Positions 8,701 to 16,796 of a DNA stretch of 64,000 nucleotides are shown piece after piece. The stretch comes from an uncultured Clostridia bacterium. Lineage in GTDB: Bacteria > Bacillota > Clostridia > Oscillospirales > Oscillospiraceae. Every line of letters begins with the position of its first letter. Positions within the stretch are counted from its first letter, which is position 1. The stretch spans positions 2,639-66,638 of the forward strand of contig CAMOXI010000004.1 in the NCBI GenBank assembly GCA_946628965.1, written 5' to 3'. Under the pieces are notes generated by a model. That model was given only the letters and a program-made list of their open reading frames with translations. It made no database searches and was not told the DNA's origin. A program made the position numbers and the translations under genes.

Positions 8701-9381
8701 AACAGTCAGCGATTCCAGGCCGAGTTCCGCGGCTGTCCAGCTCGTCTTGCTCAGGCCCAGACTCTCCACCGAAATCTCAAACACCGTGGACGTGCGCTGT
8801 CCGGCAGCAACGGCGGCGATCTGATCCTTCAGATTGTAAAAGACCGTGCGGTCCACGCCGGTAAGACGAAGCCCACTGTCGTGCACGGCGTTGATGGTCA
8901 TGCCCTGGGGACGCAGCGAATACAATTGCTGATTCGCATACTCGTCCAGCAGGGAGCCGTCATCCTCCGAAGCGCCGGGGGCATAGGTGACGATTTTAGG
9001 CTCGACACTGATCTCAACATCCTCGTCCTCGTCGGCCTCTTCGGGTTCCTCCCCGGCTTCCTCGCCAGGTGCGGCTTCCTCTTCGGATTCCTCCGCCGCT
9101 TCGGGGAGCGGCTCCTCCTCGACAGGGGCGGGAGCTTCGGGATCCTCCTCTGCGGAAGGCACTTCCGCCTCCGCCTCGGCAGGCGTTTCCGCCTCCGCTG
9201 CATCCTCAAGTGCAGCCTGCTCCGGCTCCTCAGGTTCCTCCGGCTCAGCCGCGCTGTCCTGCAGCACTGCCTGTCCGGCCTCCTCCGCCACCGGCTCCGC
9301 CGCGAAGGCCGCTTCCGGGAAAAGCGACAGGCACATCAGCAGGCAAAGCAGCAGAGAAACAGCCTTCTTGAATAAAGTCAT
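5728..9381 (-). CDS. Large secreted protein with a transglutaminase-like Cys-His-Asp core and beta-helix-type repeats
   Basis: Signal peptide MTLFKKAVSLLLCLLMCLSLFPEAAFA, then an acidic Glu/Pro/Ala linker. Core motifs: VCEGYAKAFQYLC (Cys), GNHMWNIV (His), IVDVTNCD (Asp). Repeats of the form GTLxNAGTVxxxxxxVxG. Two similar C-terminal domains. Confidence 0.85.
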   Translation of the reverse strand: MTLFKKAVSLLLCLLMCLSLFPEAAFAAEPVAEEAGQAVLQDSAAEPEEPEEPEQAALEDAAEAETPAEAEAEVPSAEEDPEAPAPVEEEPLPEAAEESEEEAAPGEEAGEEPEEADEDEDVEISVEPKIVTYAPGASEDDGSLLDEYANQQLYSLRPQGMTINAVHDSGLRLTGVDRTVFYNLKDQIAAVAAGQRTSTVFEISVESLGLSKTSWTAAELGLESLTVVGPDGKTTYSDEAMAKVDEQVGFTLQKVITALLSDCPYELYWYDKTIGTVQRSYGYNGTAVSIEITGSMTFYFNVNGVYCDGTTIQLSGQVVRCGINPDTGETVSAAVTNAGYIVARYAGLSDYEKLLGFKNEICSLVSYNDDALNPGVDYGDPWQIIYVFDGRENTNVVCEGYAKAFQYLCDIGNLSGKMMTYSVSGVMSGGTGAGNHMWNIVRMENKKNYIVDVTNCDEGSIGAPDKLFLAGVTSGSVADGYTVTIGDSSITYRYEDKVLGNFSTAELTISTKSYLEDIQAHATGEVWNEDQLKAAIAEMQEGGETGTLSYPGDGDFYVGEDITIPATVSFQVLKGNLYVKSGVTMTIAKYGTVTAKNAVIDGTMNVAAGGTLIVNYKNYELTVNGTLQNAGTVKTLAMTVSGEVRILSGGYLNMYINGSALNVATGGALRVLSGGLAKVNSGTSAMNVGGTLENAGEITVTTLNVTGAANVLTGGKVTVTNLDVDGTLDNAGTVTSRDPAFARTEKMLASGGSYIVEAKPNTEAALREICSKASKCVKDTAVSYQLTLNAAVTLTSNLTVPKNVSLTLAYAITVPSGLGLANNGYIKANAAMNVAGMLSNQSNLEFGVNQDLSGVMLNNGDLKLLGSVTAAFGDYSGTGTLGVSRDGSDPFTRLSGVTESMFEYVLGYTAGFDGLKLLNSAGTGPMLATAQKASLNLDGTIGVNYKVTLSDSVLAKENLQAVFIYKDREYPSGIEGMVPDDRGYYTFTFYIPAAEFANTVSLKFMDGENTIPFVGNGARLKDDVLSYSAQKYANSLSETSGSYALIQMLNSYCYHAYIGLGKAAPDVLPKAVATNPDVASVTAQDMYASRNRGKGSVTGLRISKISLNLESTTEINLKMILEDGYSIGDYVFELDGAAVTPVLDGDRYVLTIRNIAAKDLDRMYTLKITRGEEVLQVRTSALAYCYTILSEAALTEEKLNISRSLYLYNQAANAYFE

Positions 9382-9439
9382 TTTTCATATCCTTTCCGCA
9401 AAACGCAGATTTCCACAATAAGCGGAATTATATATAGTA

Positions 9440-9467
9440 ATTATATCACATCGCTTATTGCTGTCAA
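9440..9467 (-). promoter_or_regulatory. Near-consensus sigma-A-type promoter for the 1217-aa gene
   Basis: Minus strand: TTGACA, 16 nt, TGATATAAT (extended -10). About 60 nt upstream of the ATG at 9381. Confidence 0.55.
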
Positions 9468-9499
9468 GCCAAACTCTGCGGCAATTTTCCATCACTTCT

Positions 9500-9532
9500 C
9501 TGACAAAATCCACAAAGCAGGCGTGCTACAAT
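9500..9532 (+). promoter_or_regulatory. Candidate spoIIGA promoter with an over-long spacer
   Basis: CTGACA (9500-9505), 21 nt, TACAAT (9527-9532). The -10 ends 6 nt before the spoIIGA ATG. No SD precedes that ATG. Confidence 0.35.
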
Positions 9533-9538
9533 CTCGTC

Positions 9539-10360
9539 ATGCAAGTGATCTATGTGGACTCTCTTTTCTGTCTGAACCTGCTGACTGACTACCTGCTCTG
9601 TCTGACGGCAGGGCGGATCTGCGGCCTGAGGCTGCGGCGCGGGCGCTATCTCGCGGCGGCGCTGCTTGGCGCGCTCTATGCCGCGGCGGTTTTCCTGCCC
9701 GGGCTGCGCTTTCTCTCCCTGCCGGCGGGCAGGCTGGGCTGCGGGATCTGCATGGGTCTGCTCGCCTTCGGCAAGGAGCGGCAGCCCCTCCGCTGTACCG
9801 GCGTGCTGCTCGCAGCCGCGGCAGCCTTCGGCGGCGCACTCTGGGCAGTGTCCTCCGCTGTCAGCGGGGATGCCTGGAGCTTTGCCGTTCCCCTGTCCCT
9901 GCCGGTGCTGCTGCTCAGTTTCGGCATTTTCTATGCCCTGCTGAGCGCTCTCATGCGGGCGCGGCGGCTGCTGACAGAGCGGCGCCGGGTCCCCGTCGTC
10001 GCTGTGCTCGGGGAGCGTGAGGCCGCGTTCACTGCCCTGGAAGACACGGGAAATGCGCTGTCCGATCCGATCACGGGGCGGCATGTGCTGGTGGCAAGCC
10101 CAGCCGCGCTGCGGCCGCTGCTGCGGGAATCCGCCCCGCTCTTCGAGGCGCTTGCGCCGGTGGAGCTGCTGGAGGCGCTCTCTGCCGACGCGAGACTGCG
10201 CGGCCGCTTCCGGCTGCTCCCCTGCTCCCACGTGGGCGGCAGCAGCCTGCTGCCGGTCTTTCGCCCGGACAGTCTGCGCGTGGATGGGGCGCAGACGGCG
10301 GATCTGCTGATCGCCGTCTCCCCCCACGCCCACGGAGAGGGCTATGAGGCCATCCTCTGA
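9539..10360 (+). CDS. spoIIGA: Sigma-E processing peptidase SpoIIGA
   Basis: N-terminus MQVIYVDSLFCLNLLTDYLLCL is typical of SpoIIGA. Multi-TM N-half and aspartic-protease motif ALEDTGNALSDP. Directly upstream of sigE. Confidence 0.85.
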   Translation: MQVIYVDSLFCLNLLTDYLLCLTAGRICGLRLRRGRYLAAALLGALYAAAVFLPGLRFLSLPAGRLGCGICMGLLAFGKERQPLRCTGVLLAAAAAFGGALWAVSSAVSGDAWSFAVPLSLPVLLLSFGIFYALLSALMRARRLLTERRRVPVVAVLGEREAAFTALEDTGNALSDPITGRHVLVASPAALRPLLRESAPLFEALAPVELLEALSADARLRGRFRLLPCSHVGGSSLLPVFRPDSLRVDGAQTADLLIAVSPHAHGEGYEAIL

Positions 10361-10389
10361 CAGAGAAAACAATTTGAAAGGAGATTATT

Positions 10390-11112
10390 ATGTTATGTAA
10401 ACCGCAAATCGTATTTCTGCGGGAGCAGCTCCTGCGCATTCTCGGTATCCGTCCGCCCGCGGTGTTCTACATCGGCGGCAGCGACACCATGCCGCCCCCG
10501 CTCGGCCGGGAAGAGGAGGAAAAAGCCATCGCCGCGCTGGAGGCCGGGGACGACGGCGCTCGCCGCCTGCTCATTGAGCGGAACCTCCGCCTCGTGGTCT
10601 TCATCGCCCGGCGCTTTGAAAACACCGGCATCAACATCGAGGATCTGATCTCCATCGGCACGATCGGGCTCATCAAGGCCATCAACACGTTCCAGTCCGG
10701 CAAGAACATCAAGCTCGCCACCTATGCCTCCCGCTGCATCGAAAACGAGATCCTGATGCACCTGCGCAAAGTCAGCTCCCAGCGGGGCGAGCTGAGCTTC
10801 GACGAGCCGCTGAACACCGACTGGGACGGCAATGAGCTGCTCCTGTCCGACATCCTCGGCACAGACGCCGACGAGGTCTCCCGCCCGCTGGAGGACGACG
10901 CGGAGCTGCTGATGCTGCAGGAGGCCCTCGCCGCGCTGGACGAGCGGGACCGGCAGATCATCCGCATGCGCTTCGGCCTGCCGGGCTGCAAAGAGTACAC
11001 ACAGAAGGAGGTGGCCGACACCATGGGCATTTCCCAAAGCTATATCAGCCGCCTGGAAAAGCGGATCATCGAGCGTCTGCGTCGGGAGATGATGCGGAAA
11101 ATGGAGGTTTAG
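10390..11112 (+). CDS. sigE: Sporulation sigma factor SigE (pro-sigma-E)
   Basis: ATG 10390 after AAAGGAGA. N-terminal pro-sequence. Region 2 [17 protein letters not shown] and region 4 [26 protein letters not shown]. Conserved spoIIGA-sigE order. Confidence 0.9.
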   Translation: MLCKPQIVFLREQLLRILGIRPPAVFYIGGSDTMPPPLGREEEEKAIAALEAGDDGARRLLIERNLRLVVFIARRFENTGINIEDLISIGTIGLIKAINTFQSGKNIKLATYASRCIENEILMHLRKVSSQRGELSFDEPLNTDWDGNELLLSDILGTDADEVSRPLEDDAELLMLQEALAALDERDRQIIRMRFGLPGCKEYTQKEVADTMGISQSYISRLEKRIIERLRREMMRKMEV

Positions 11113-11210
11113 GGACTTGATGGACAGCAGAGAAAAACCATCCGGGACGGCTCCTTTGCAGAGCCTTCCCGAATGGTTGATACGATGAACCCGCGCTCAT
11201 GGGCGCCTGT

Positions 11211-12596
11211 TCAGTCTTCGGTTTTTACCAGATTGACCACCCATTTCCCGCTGCGCACGAGCACAAAGCCCAGCAGACACTTGAGCAGGTTCAGGCCCTC
11301 CACCACGGCGTACATGGGCAGGATCGGCATCGCCGTGAAGCGGGAGAGCACGAAGGCAGCCGGGATCGACACCACCCAGGTGAAAAGGCTGTCGAACACG
11401 AAGGTGATGACGGTCTTGCCGCCGGAGCGGAGCGTGAAGTAGCAGGCGTTGGCGTAGGCGTGCACCGGCATCAGCGCCGCGCCCACCAGCAGCAGCTGCA
11501 CCGCAAGAGCGCGGACGCCCTCGGTGGTGTTGTAGAGCCGGGGCATCAGCGGCGAGACCAGCGCCATCAGCCCGCCCACCGCGACGCTCAGCGCCACGGA
11601 GAAGGCGATCAGCTTCCGGTCGTCGTCCCTGGCCTTCTCCAGTTCTCCCGCGCCGAGGAGCTGGCCGACGATGATGGCGATGGCGTTGCCCATGGCCAGA
11701 AAGGCGCAGAAGAAGAGGTTCGAGATCGTGGAGGAGATGTTGAAGGCGGAGACGACCTCCAGCCCGCGCAGGGAATAGCACTGGTTGAGCGTGGTCATGC
11801 CGCCGGACCAGAGGAACTCATTGAGCAGCAGGGGCAGGCCCATCAGGGCGATCTTGCCGAAGAGCGCGCCGGGCACATACAGGCTGCGGAAAGCACGCTC
11901 CACATAGGGGCAGCGATCCCGGTGCCGGTAGGGCCAGATCACCACGATGGCGCACTCCACAAAGCGGGCGATCACTGTGGCGATCGCGGCGCCGACGACG
12001 CCCATGGCCGGGAAGCCCAGCTTGCCGAAGATGAAGATGTAGTTGAAGACCAGATTCACGAACACGGCGATGATGCCGGCCTTCATGGGCAGCATGGTCT
12101 CCCCCGCCTCGCGCAGGGTGCTGGCATAGATCTGGCAGAGTGCAAAGGGGATCATCTGCCAGAACATGACAGCGAGATAGGACTGCCCGAAGCGCAGCGT
12201 CGCCTTGAGATCCAGGCCCTCGCTGCCTTCATGGAGGAAGAGGCCGATCAGCGCGCCGCCCCAGCGCAGCAGCACCGTGCCGAAAACGAGCACCGCGCCC
12301 GCCGCCACGAAGAGCTTGACGCGCATGGTATAGCGCACACCGTCCCGGTCACCCTTGCCGTAGAACTGGGCGGTGAAGATGCCCGGCCCGGCAAGGCCGC
12401 CGAAAATGCAGAGGTTGAAGACGAAGAGCAGCTGGTTTACGATGGCCACGCCGGACATGGGCTCCGTGCCCACCTGGCCCACCATCACATTGTCCAGCAG
12501 GCTGACGAAGTTCGTGATCAAATTCTGGATCAGGATCGGCACCATCACCGTGAACAGCTTCCGGTAGAAGGCGCGATTGCCGATATAGTTATGCAT
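11211..12596 (-). CDS. MATE-family efflux transporter
   Basis: 461 aa, about 12 TM. N-terminus FYRKLFTVMVPILIQNLITNFVSLLDNVMVGQVG is typical of MATE/NorM proteins. Confidence 0.9.
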   Translation of the reverse strand: MHNYIGNRAFYRKLFTVMVPILIQNLITNFVSLLDNVMVGQVGTEPMSGVAIVNQLLFVFNLCIFGGLAGPGIFTAQFYGKGDRDGVRYTMRVKLFVAAGAVLVFGTVLLRWGGALIGLFLHEGSEGLDLKATLRFGQSYLAVMFWQMIPFALCQIYASTLREAGETMLPMKAGIIAVFVNLVFNYIFIFGKLGFPAMGVVGAAIATVIARFVECAIVVIWPYRHRDRCPYVERAFRSLYVPGALFGKIALMGLPLLLNEFLWSGGMTTLNQCYSLRGLEVVSAFNISSTISNLFFCAFLAMGNAIAIIVGQLLGAGELEKARDDDRKLIAFSVALSVAVGGLMALVSPLMPRLYNTTEGVRALAVQLLLVGAALMPVHAYANACYFTLRSGGKTVITFVFDSLFTWVVSIPAAFVLSRFTAMPILPMYAVVEGLNLLKCLLGFVLVRSGKWVVNLVKTED

Positions 12597-12630
12597 GGGA
12601 AAACACCTGCGATCCTATAAACTGCGCGCC

Positions 12631-12659
12631 ATTGTACACGATCGGGCCGCAAAATGCAA
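12631..12659 (-). promoter_or_regulatory. Candidate sigma-A promoter of the MATE gene
   Basis: Minus strand: TTGCAT, 17 nt, TACAAT. About 35 nt upstream of the ATG at 12596. Confidence 0.5.
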
Positions 12660-12687
12660 GAGCGCATCATCAAATGAGGACATAACC

Positions 12688-12720
12688 GAAAAACAGGGCC
12701 GACGCAAAATGCGGCGGCCC
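12688..12720 (-). terminator. Rho-independent terminator after prsW
   Basis: Minus strand: GGGCCGCCGC-ATTTT-GCGTCGGCCC (one mismatch) followed by TGTTTTTCGG. Lies 14 nt after the stop at 12734. Confidence 0.7.
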
Positions 12721-12733
12721 GTTTCATATGCAG

Positions 12734-13453
12734 TTAAAACAGATCCCACTGGGGCGTCATATATTCATCCTGCTTCGACATCCGGGACACCAGCCTGAGC
12801 GCCCCGATGAACATGGCAAGGACGAAGACGATAAACACGACCGTCAGCGCCTCGGTCTGGCGGGCGGCGATGAAATCATAGGCCCCGTGCAGCAGCGCCG
12901 GAACCAGCACCGCCATCCGGCGGCAGCGGGCGGAGCGTTCGGGATCGCCCATCAGCTCCCGGCGTTTGGCAAAGCCGTACCAGGCGCCCATGAATACGCC
13001 GAAGCAGGCATGCCCGGGCACGGCGGTCAGCGCCCGGGCGACGGCAGCCCCCATGCCGTAATAGAGCACATAGCCGATGTTCTCCCACAGCGCGAAGCCC
13101 AGGGAAACCGCCACGGCATAGACCACGCCGTCGAAAAGACAGTTGAACTCAGGGGAGCGCCAGCTGCGATTTTTCAGCAGCAGGTACTTGAAGCCCTCCT
13201 CCGAAAAGGCCACCACGATGAAATACATCAGGATATCGTAGGGAAGCGTGCCCTCAGGAAAGAAATAGGACAGCGCAAGATCCCCCAGCTGCTCGGTGAT
13301 GGAGGCGAACACCGTGGAAAGGACCCCCAGCGCAACCAGCAGCAGGACGAGGCCCACCGGCTCTTTTTCCAGCCGGTCGGCCTTATAGATTTTGACCAGC
13401 AGCCACAGCGCCGGCACGACGGCGGCGGCGATCAGGATCAGTTCATCACTCAT
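12734..13453 (-). CDS. prsW: PrsW-family intramembrane glutamic/metallo-protease
   Basis: 239 aa, multi-TM. Diagnostic EEGFKY and HGAYDF motifs. Confidence 0.85.
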   Translation of the reverse strand: MSDELILIAAAVVPALWLLVKIYKADRLEKEPVGLVLLLVALGVLSTVFASITEQLGDLALSYFFPEGTLPYDILMYFIVVAFSEEGFKYLLLKNRSWRSPEFNCLFDGVVYAVAVSLGFALWENIGYVLYYGMGAAVARALTAVPGHACFGVFMGAWYGFAKRRELMGDPERSARCRRMAVLVPALLHGAYDFIAARQTEALTVVFIVFVLAMFIGALRLVSRMSKQDEYMTPQWDLF

Positions 13454-13456
13454 AGC

Positions 13457-13957
13457 TTATCCCTCCACGCGGATGCGTTTGACCAGGATCCCGGCAAGCA
13501 GGCCGATCACGAAACCCGTCACCACACCGCTGACGATCAGGATCGGCAGATAGTAGCGCAGCAGATCCGTCTCCAGCAGGAGGCTCGCCACCAGGATCTG
13601 TCCCATGTTGTGCAGGACGCCGCCGGCCACGCTGACTGCGATCTCGGAGAAGAGCCCGGTCTTTTTCAGCAGCATCATGCCAGCAAGGCTCAGCACCGCG
13701 CCGGCCGCGCTGTACCAGATCAGGCCCAGGTTGCCAAAGAGCAGCGTCACCAGGAAAACGCGGATCAGCGAGATCATGGCCGCCTCTTTCCAGCCCAGCT
13801 TGTATAGAACAAAGACCACCGCGATGTTGGCAAGGCCCATCTTGACGCCGGGGATGGCCACCAGCGCGGGCACCTGGCTCTCCACAAAGGAGAGGATCAT
13901 TGCCAGCGCCACCGCAAGGCCCATGACCGCCACTTTTTTCGTTCTCATATTTCTCAC
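13457..13957 (-). CDS. Gx transporter family protein (heptaprenyl diphosphate synthase component I-like, PF07456 type)
   Basis: 166 aa, 5 TM (SFVESQVPALVAIPGVKMGLANI, HNMGQILVA). Usual pairing with an upstream NusG-II-domain gene; the two overlap by 4 nt. Confidence 0.8.
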   Translation of the reverse strand: MRNMRTKKVAVMGLAVALAMILSFVESQVPALVAIPGVKMGLANIAVVFVLYKLGWKEAAMISLIRVFLVTLLFGNLGLIWYSAAGAVLSLAGMMLLKKTGLFSEIAVSVAGGVLHNMGQILVASLLLETDLLRYYLPILIVSGVVTGFVIGLLAGILVKRIRVEG

Positions 13958-14331
13958 CCGAAAATGTCCACGCCGCCGTCATCCCCGCCTTCGATGGTGA
14001 CGATCACACCGTTGGGCAGGCAGACGATCAGCTGGCCGTCCAGATGGATCCGGCCCATATGCACACAGATCTGATCCGGGCATTCCGCCTCGCTCATCCA
14101 TGCATAGCCGTTTTCAATGACCAGGGTATTGGTGCCGCCGTTGAGGACATGGGTCCCGTTTTTGGTGAGCGGATAACGGGCCGCCTCCACGCCGTCAACG
14201 ATGACCACAACGTCAGCCCCCGCTTCCTTTGGGACGCCGAAGCTGAAATACAGTACTCCTGCCAGGATCAGCAGCGCCAGGATCAGTGCGAGATCCAGCC
14301 AGAGCCGTTTCTTTTTTGGTGCTTCTTTCAT
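13954..14331 (-). CDS. NusG domain II-containing membrane-anchored protein
   Basis: 125 aa. N-terminal anchor, then VVVIVDGVEAARYPL...CPDQICVHMGRI...LIVCLPNGVIV, typical of this family. Confidence 0.75.
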   Translation of the reverse strand: MKEAPKKKRLWLDLALILALLILAGVLYFSFGVPKEAGADVVVIVDGVEAARYPLTKNGTHVLNGGTNTLVIENGYAWMSEAECPDQICVHMGRIHLDGQLIVCLPNGVIVTIEGGDDGGVDIFG

Positions 14332-14437
14332 AGTGTTTACCTACAATACCTGTTCATTCTTCTGTCATACATTTTAGAGTCCGGACGGCGGATTGTCAAG
14401 CACGGAAGGACGGCGGCGCGCCGTCGGGGAAACGCGG

Positions 14438-14481
14438 AAAGGGAACGCCGGAAAACGTTCAGGTTTTCCGGCGTTCCCTTT
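14438..14481 (-). terminator. Terminator hairpin after the PII-like gene pair
   Basis: 19-bp perfect stem AAAGGGAACGCCGGAAAAC / GTTTTCCGGCGTTCCCTTT with a 6-nt loop. Lies 13 nt after the stop at 14494. Confidence 0.7.
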
Positions 14482-14493
14482 TTCAGGATCGTT

Positions 14494-14859
14494 TTATTTT
14501 TCTTCCGCCTGTGCAGTCTCTGCTTTCGCCTTGTCCGAAAAATCGCTCAGGCCGAGTGCGCGGTCCACCGGCAGGGAGAAGATGATCCCCTGCCCGGCGT
14601 TGCTCAGCCCTGCGGAGTGATACAGCTCCCGCAGGACGTTGTCCTTGATGTCCTCCGGCACGAGCAGCATCACGATCTCCTTCTCGGGCTGCACCGTGAT
14701 CTTGAACAGCCGCTCCGCCTCCAGCGGGGCGGTGCCGCGGCCCTTGAGGATCGTGCCGCCGGCGGCGCCGGCCTTGCGGGCGGCAAACATCACGTCATCG
14801 GAAAAGCCCGCGTTGATGACGCAGAAAACAGCCTCATATTTCTTTTCCATCTCATTCAT
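14494..14859 (-). CDS. P-II family (nitrogen-regulator-like) signal protein
   Basis: 121 aa. The pattern AVFCVINAGFSDDVMFAARKAGAAGGTILKGRG..KEIVMLLVP is typical of the PII-like proteins that accompany DUF1538. Confidence 0.8.
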   Translation of the reverse strand: MNEMEKKYEAVFCVINAGFSDDVMFAARKAGAAGGTILKGRGTAPLEAERLFKITVQPEKEIVMLLVPEDIKDNVLRELYHSAGLSNAGQGIIFSLPVDRALGLSDFSDKAKAETAQAEEK

Positions 14860-15259
14860 CCCCCTTGATCATGCGCCGTTCGTTGCTCAGAAACGCGTAG
14901 CTCAGTTTGCCGATCACGCTCGAGAGCGGAATGGTGAAGGCAATGCCCGTGCCGCGGTTGACGGTCTCAAAGCGCTCCTGCAGCGCGGCGAAGATGCTGT
15001 CCACCCGGTCTTCCCGCACTACGGAGAAGATCACGCTGCGCTTGTTGTCCTTCAGGCCCAGAAACTCCACCAGGTCTGCCTGGGCCGTTCCGGTGCCCAC
15101 GAGGCAGATCTGCAGATTGGCATCAAAGGTCTTCAGATAGTCCGCGAAAAAAGTGCCCTTGCCCTTCTGCACCACCGTCACCAGCAGCACCAGCCGGTTC
15201 GGTGCCACAGAGCCGCCCCCGGCCGGGGCGGTGGGGTGCTGTTTTTGCCGTTCTGTCAT
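14852..15259 (-). CDS. Second P-II-like protein
   Basis: ORF trimmed to the ATG at 15259 (MTERQK), just after the DUF1538 stop. Contains LVLLVTVVQKGKG..RSVIFSVV..GIAFTIPL. Overlaps the next PII gene by 8 nt. Confidence 0.75.
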   Translation of the reverse strand: MTERQKQHPTAPAGGGSVAPNRLVLLVTVVQKGKGTFFADYLKTFDANLQICLVGTGTAQADLVEFLGLKDNKRSVIFSVVREDRVDSIFAALQERFETVNRGTGIAFTIPLSSVIGKLSYAFLSNERRMIKGDE

Positions 15260-15269
15260 TCTGTGCACC

Positions 15270-16796
15270 TCACTTGAAATAGATGATCTGCGCATCGTCC
15301 GCCGAGAGGATCTTCCGGATCGCGGCCTTCTCGCGCATGACGCGGGAGAGGATGGAGCGGAAGCCCAGCGACTGGATCGTAATCAGCGGTGTCATGGCCA
15401 CCAGGGCGACCACGCCAAAGGCGAAGTCCATCACCGCATCCGCCCCGCGCAGCGTCACGCAGGCGCCGATCGTCATGGGCAGGATAAAGCTGCTGGTCAG
15501 CGGGCCGCTGGCCACGCCGCCGGAGTCAAAGGCGATGGCCGTGTAGATCTTCGGCACGAAGAAGGAAAGCCCCAGGGACAGCAGATAGCCCGGGATCAGG
15601 TAATACAGCAGGGAGAAGCCCATCAGCAGCCGCAGGATCGAGAGCCCGATGGACACGCCCACGCCGATGGAGAGCGCCAGCAGCATCTGATTCCGGGTCA
15701 CCGTGCCGTCGGTCACTTCCTCCACCTGCTGGTTGAGCACGTGCACCGCAGGCTCCGCCAGGACTACCACCATGCCGATGATAAAGGCGAAGGCCAGCAG
15801 CGCCTTGCCGCTGAAGGCGGCCATGGACGAGCCGATGCGGTAGCCCACGGGCATGAAGCCCACCGAGACCGCGACGAGAAAGACCACCAGACCGACAAAG
15901 GCAAAGATCAGACCGAAGAGGATCTGCATCAGCTTCTGCGCGGGCAGGTGCAGAACCGTCAGCTGCAGCACCGCGAAAAAGGCGATCATCAGCAGCAGGG
16001 ACTTGGCGACTTCCCAGGCCGTCTCCCCGGTCAGGTGCCGCAGCGCGGCGCCGGAGACCGCCATCGTATAATCGGGCAGCGGATACTGGATCTCGCCGCC
16101 CGTGGCCGTCAGGCTCAGCAGCAGCACGGCCAGCACCGGGCCGACCGAGCAGAGCGCGATCAGGCCGAAGCTGTTCTCCCCCGCGTCGCGTCCGCCCAGC
16201 GTATGGGCGATGCCCACGCCCAGCGCCATGATGAAGGGCACGGTGATCGGGCCGGTGGTCACGCCGCCGGAGTCGAAAGCCAGCGGCAGGAAAGCCTGCC
16301 CGCCCACGGAGATCAGCAGCGCCGCAAAGGCAAACAGCAACATGTAAAAGAAGAGCAGCATGGCCGTCAGATCCGTGCGCGTCACGATGCGGATGATGGC
16401 CAGGGACAGGAACAGGCCGACGCCGACGCCCACCGTGACGATCAGCATCGTCGGGTTCACCACCGCGCTGATCTGCCCGGCCAGGACCGAGAGGTCCGGC
16501 TCCGCCACGGTGATGAGCACGCCCATCAGGAACGAGACCGCCACCAGGATGGCAAGCCGTTTGGATTTGGTCAGGCCGATGCCGATATGCCGCCCCATGG
16601 GGGTCATGGCCAGGTCGGCGCCCAGATTGAAGAGCCCGATACCCGCCACCAGCAGCAGCGCGCTGAGGAGGAACACCCCGCGCTCCCCCCAGCTGAGAGG
16701 CGCGAGCGGCGTAAAGGAAATCACCAGGACGATCGCCGCCACCGGCAGGACCGAGACCAGCGCCTCCCAGAGTTTGTTCATCAATGCTTTCTTCAT
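15270..16796 (-). CDS. DUF1538 family integral membrane protein (duplicated domain)
   Basis: 508 aa. Two homologous halves, each ending in a DSGGV(T/A)(T/S)GP motif (AFDSGGVTTGPITV and AFDSGGVASGPLTS). Conserved partnership with PII-like genes. Confidence 0.85.
   Translation of the reverse strand: MKKALMNKLWEALVSVLPVAAIVLVISFTPLAPLSWGERGVFLLSALLLVAGIGLFNLGADLAMTPMGRHIGIGLTKSKRLAILVAVSFLMGVLITVAEPDLSVLAGQISAVVNPTMLIVTVGVGVGLFLSLAIIRIVTRTDLTAMLLFFYMLLFAFAALLISVGGQAFLPLAFDSGGVTTGPITVPFIMALGVGIAHTLGGRDAGENSFGLIALCSVGPVLAVLLLSLTATGGEIQYPLPDYTMAVSGAALRHLTGETAWEVAKSLLLMIAFFAVLQLTVLHLPAQKLMQILFGLIFAFVGLVVFLVAVSVGFMPVGYRIGSSMAAFSGKALLAFAFIIGMVVVLAEPAVHVLNQQVEEVTDGTVTRNQMLLALSIGVGVSIGLSILRLLMGFSLLYYLIPGYLLSLGLSFFVPKIYTAIAFDSGGVASGPLTSSFILPMTIGACVTLRGADAVMDFAFGVVALVAMTPLITIQSLGFRSILSRVMREKAAIRKILSADDAQIIYFK

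Noticed and set aside
7819-9375. 518-aa plus-strand ORF opposite the transglutaminase-like gene
   Set aside because: The minus-strand frame has a signal peptide, catalytic-triad motifs and a promoter/SD. The plus frame has none.
10390-11210. Absence of sigG downstream of spoIIGA-sigE as a possible anomaly
   Set aside because: sigG may simply be located elsewhere. A convergent MATE gene and an imperfect hairpin end the operon cleanly. Nothing in the sequence suggests deletion scars.
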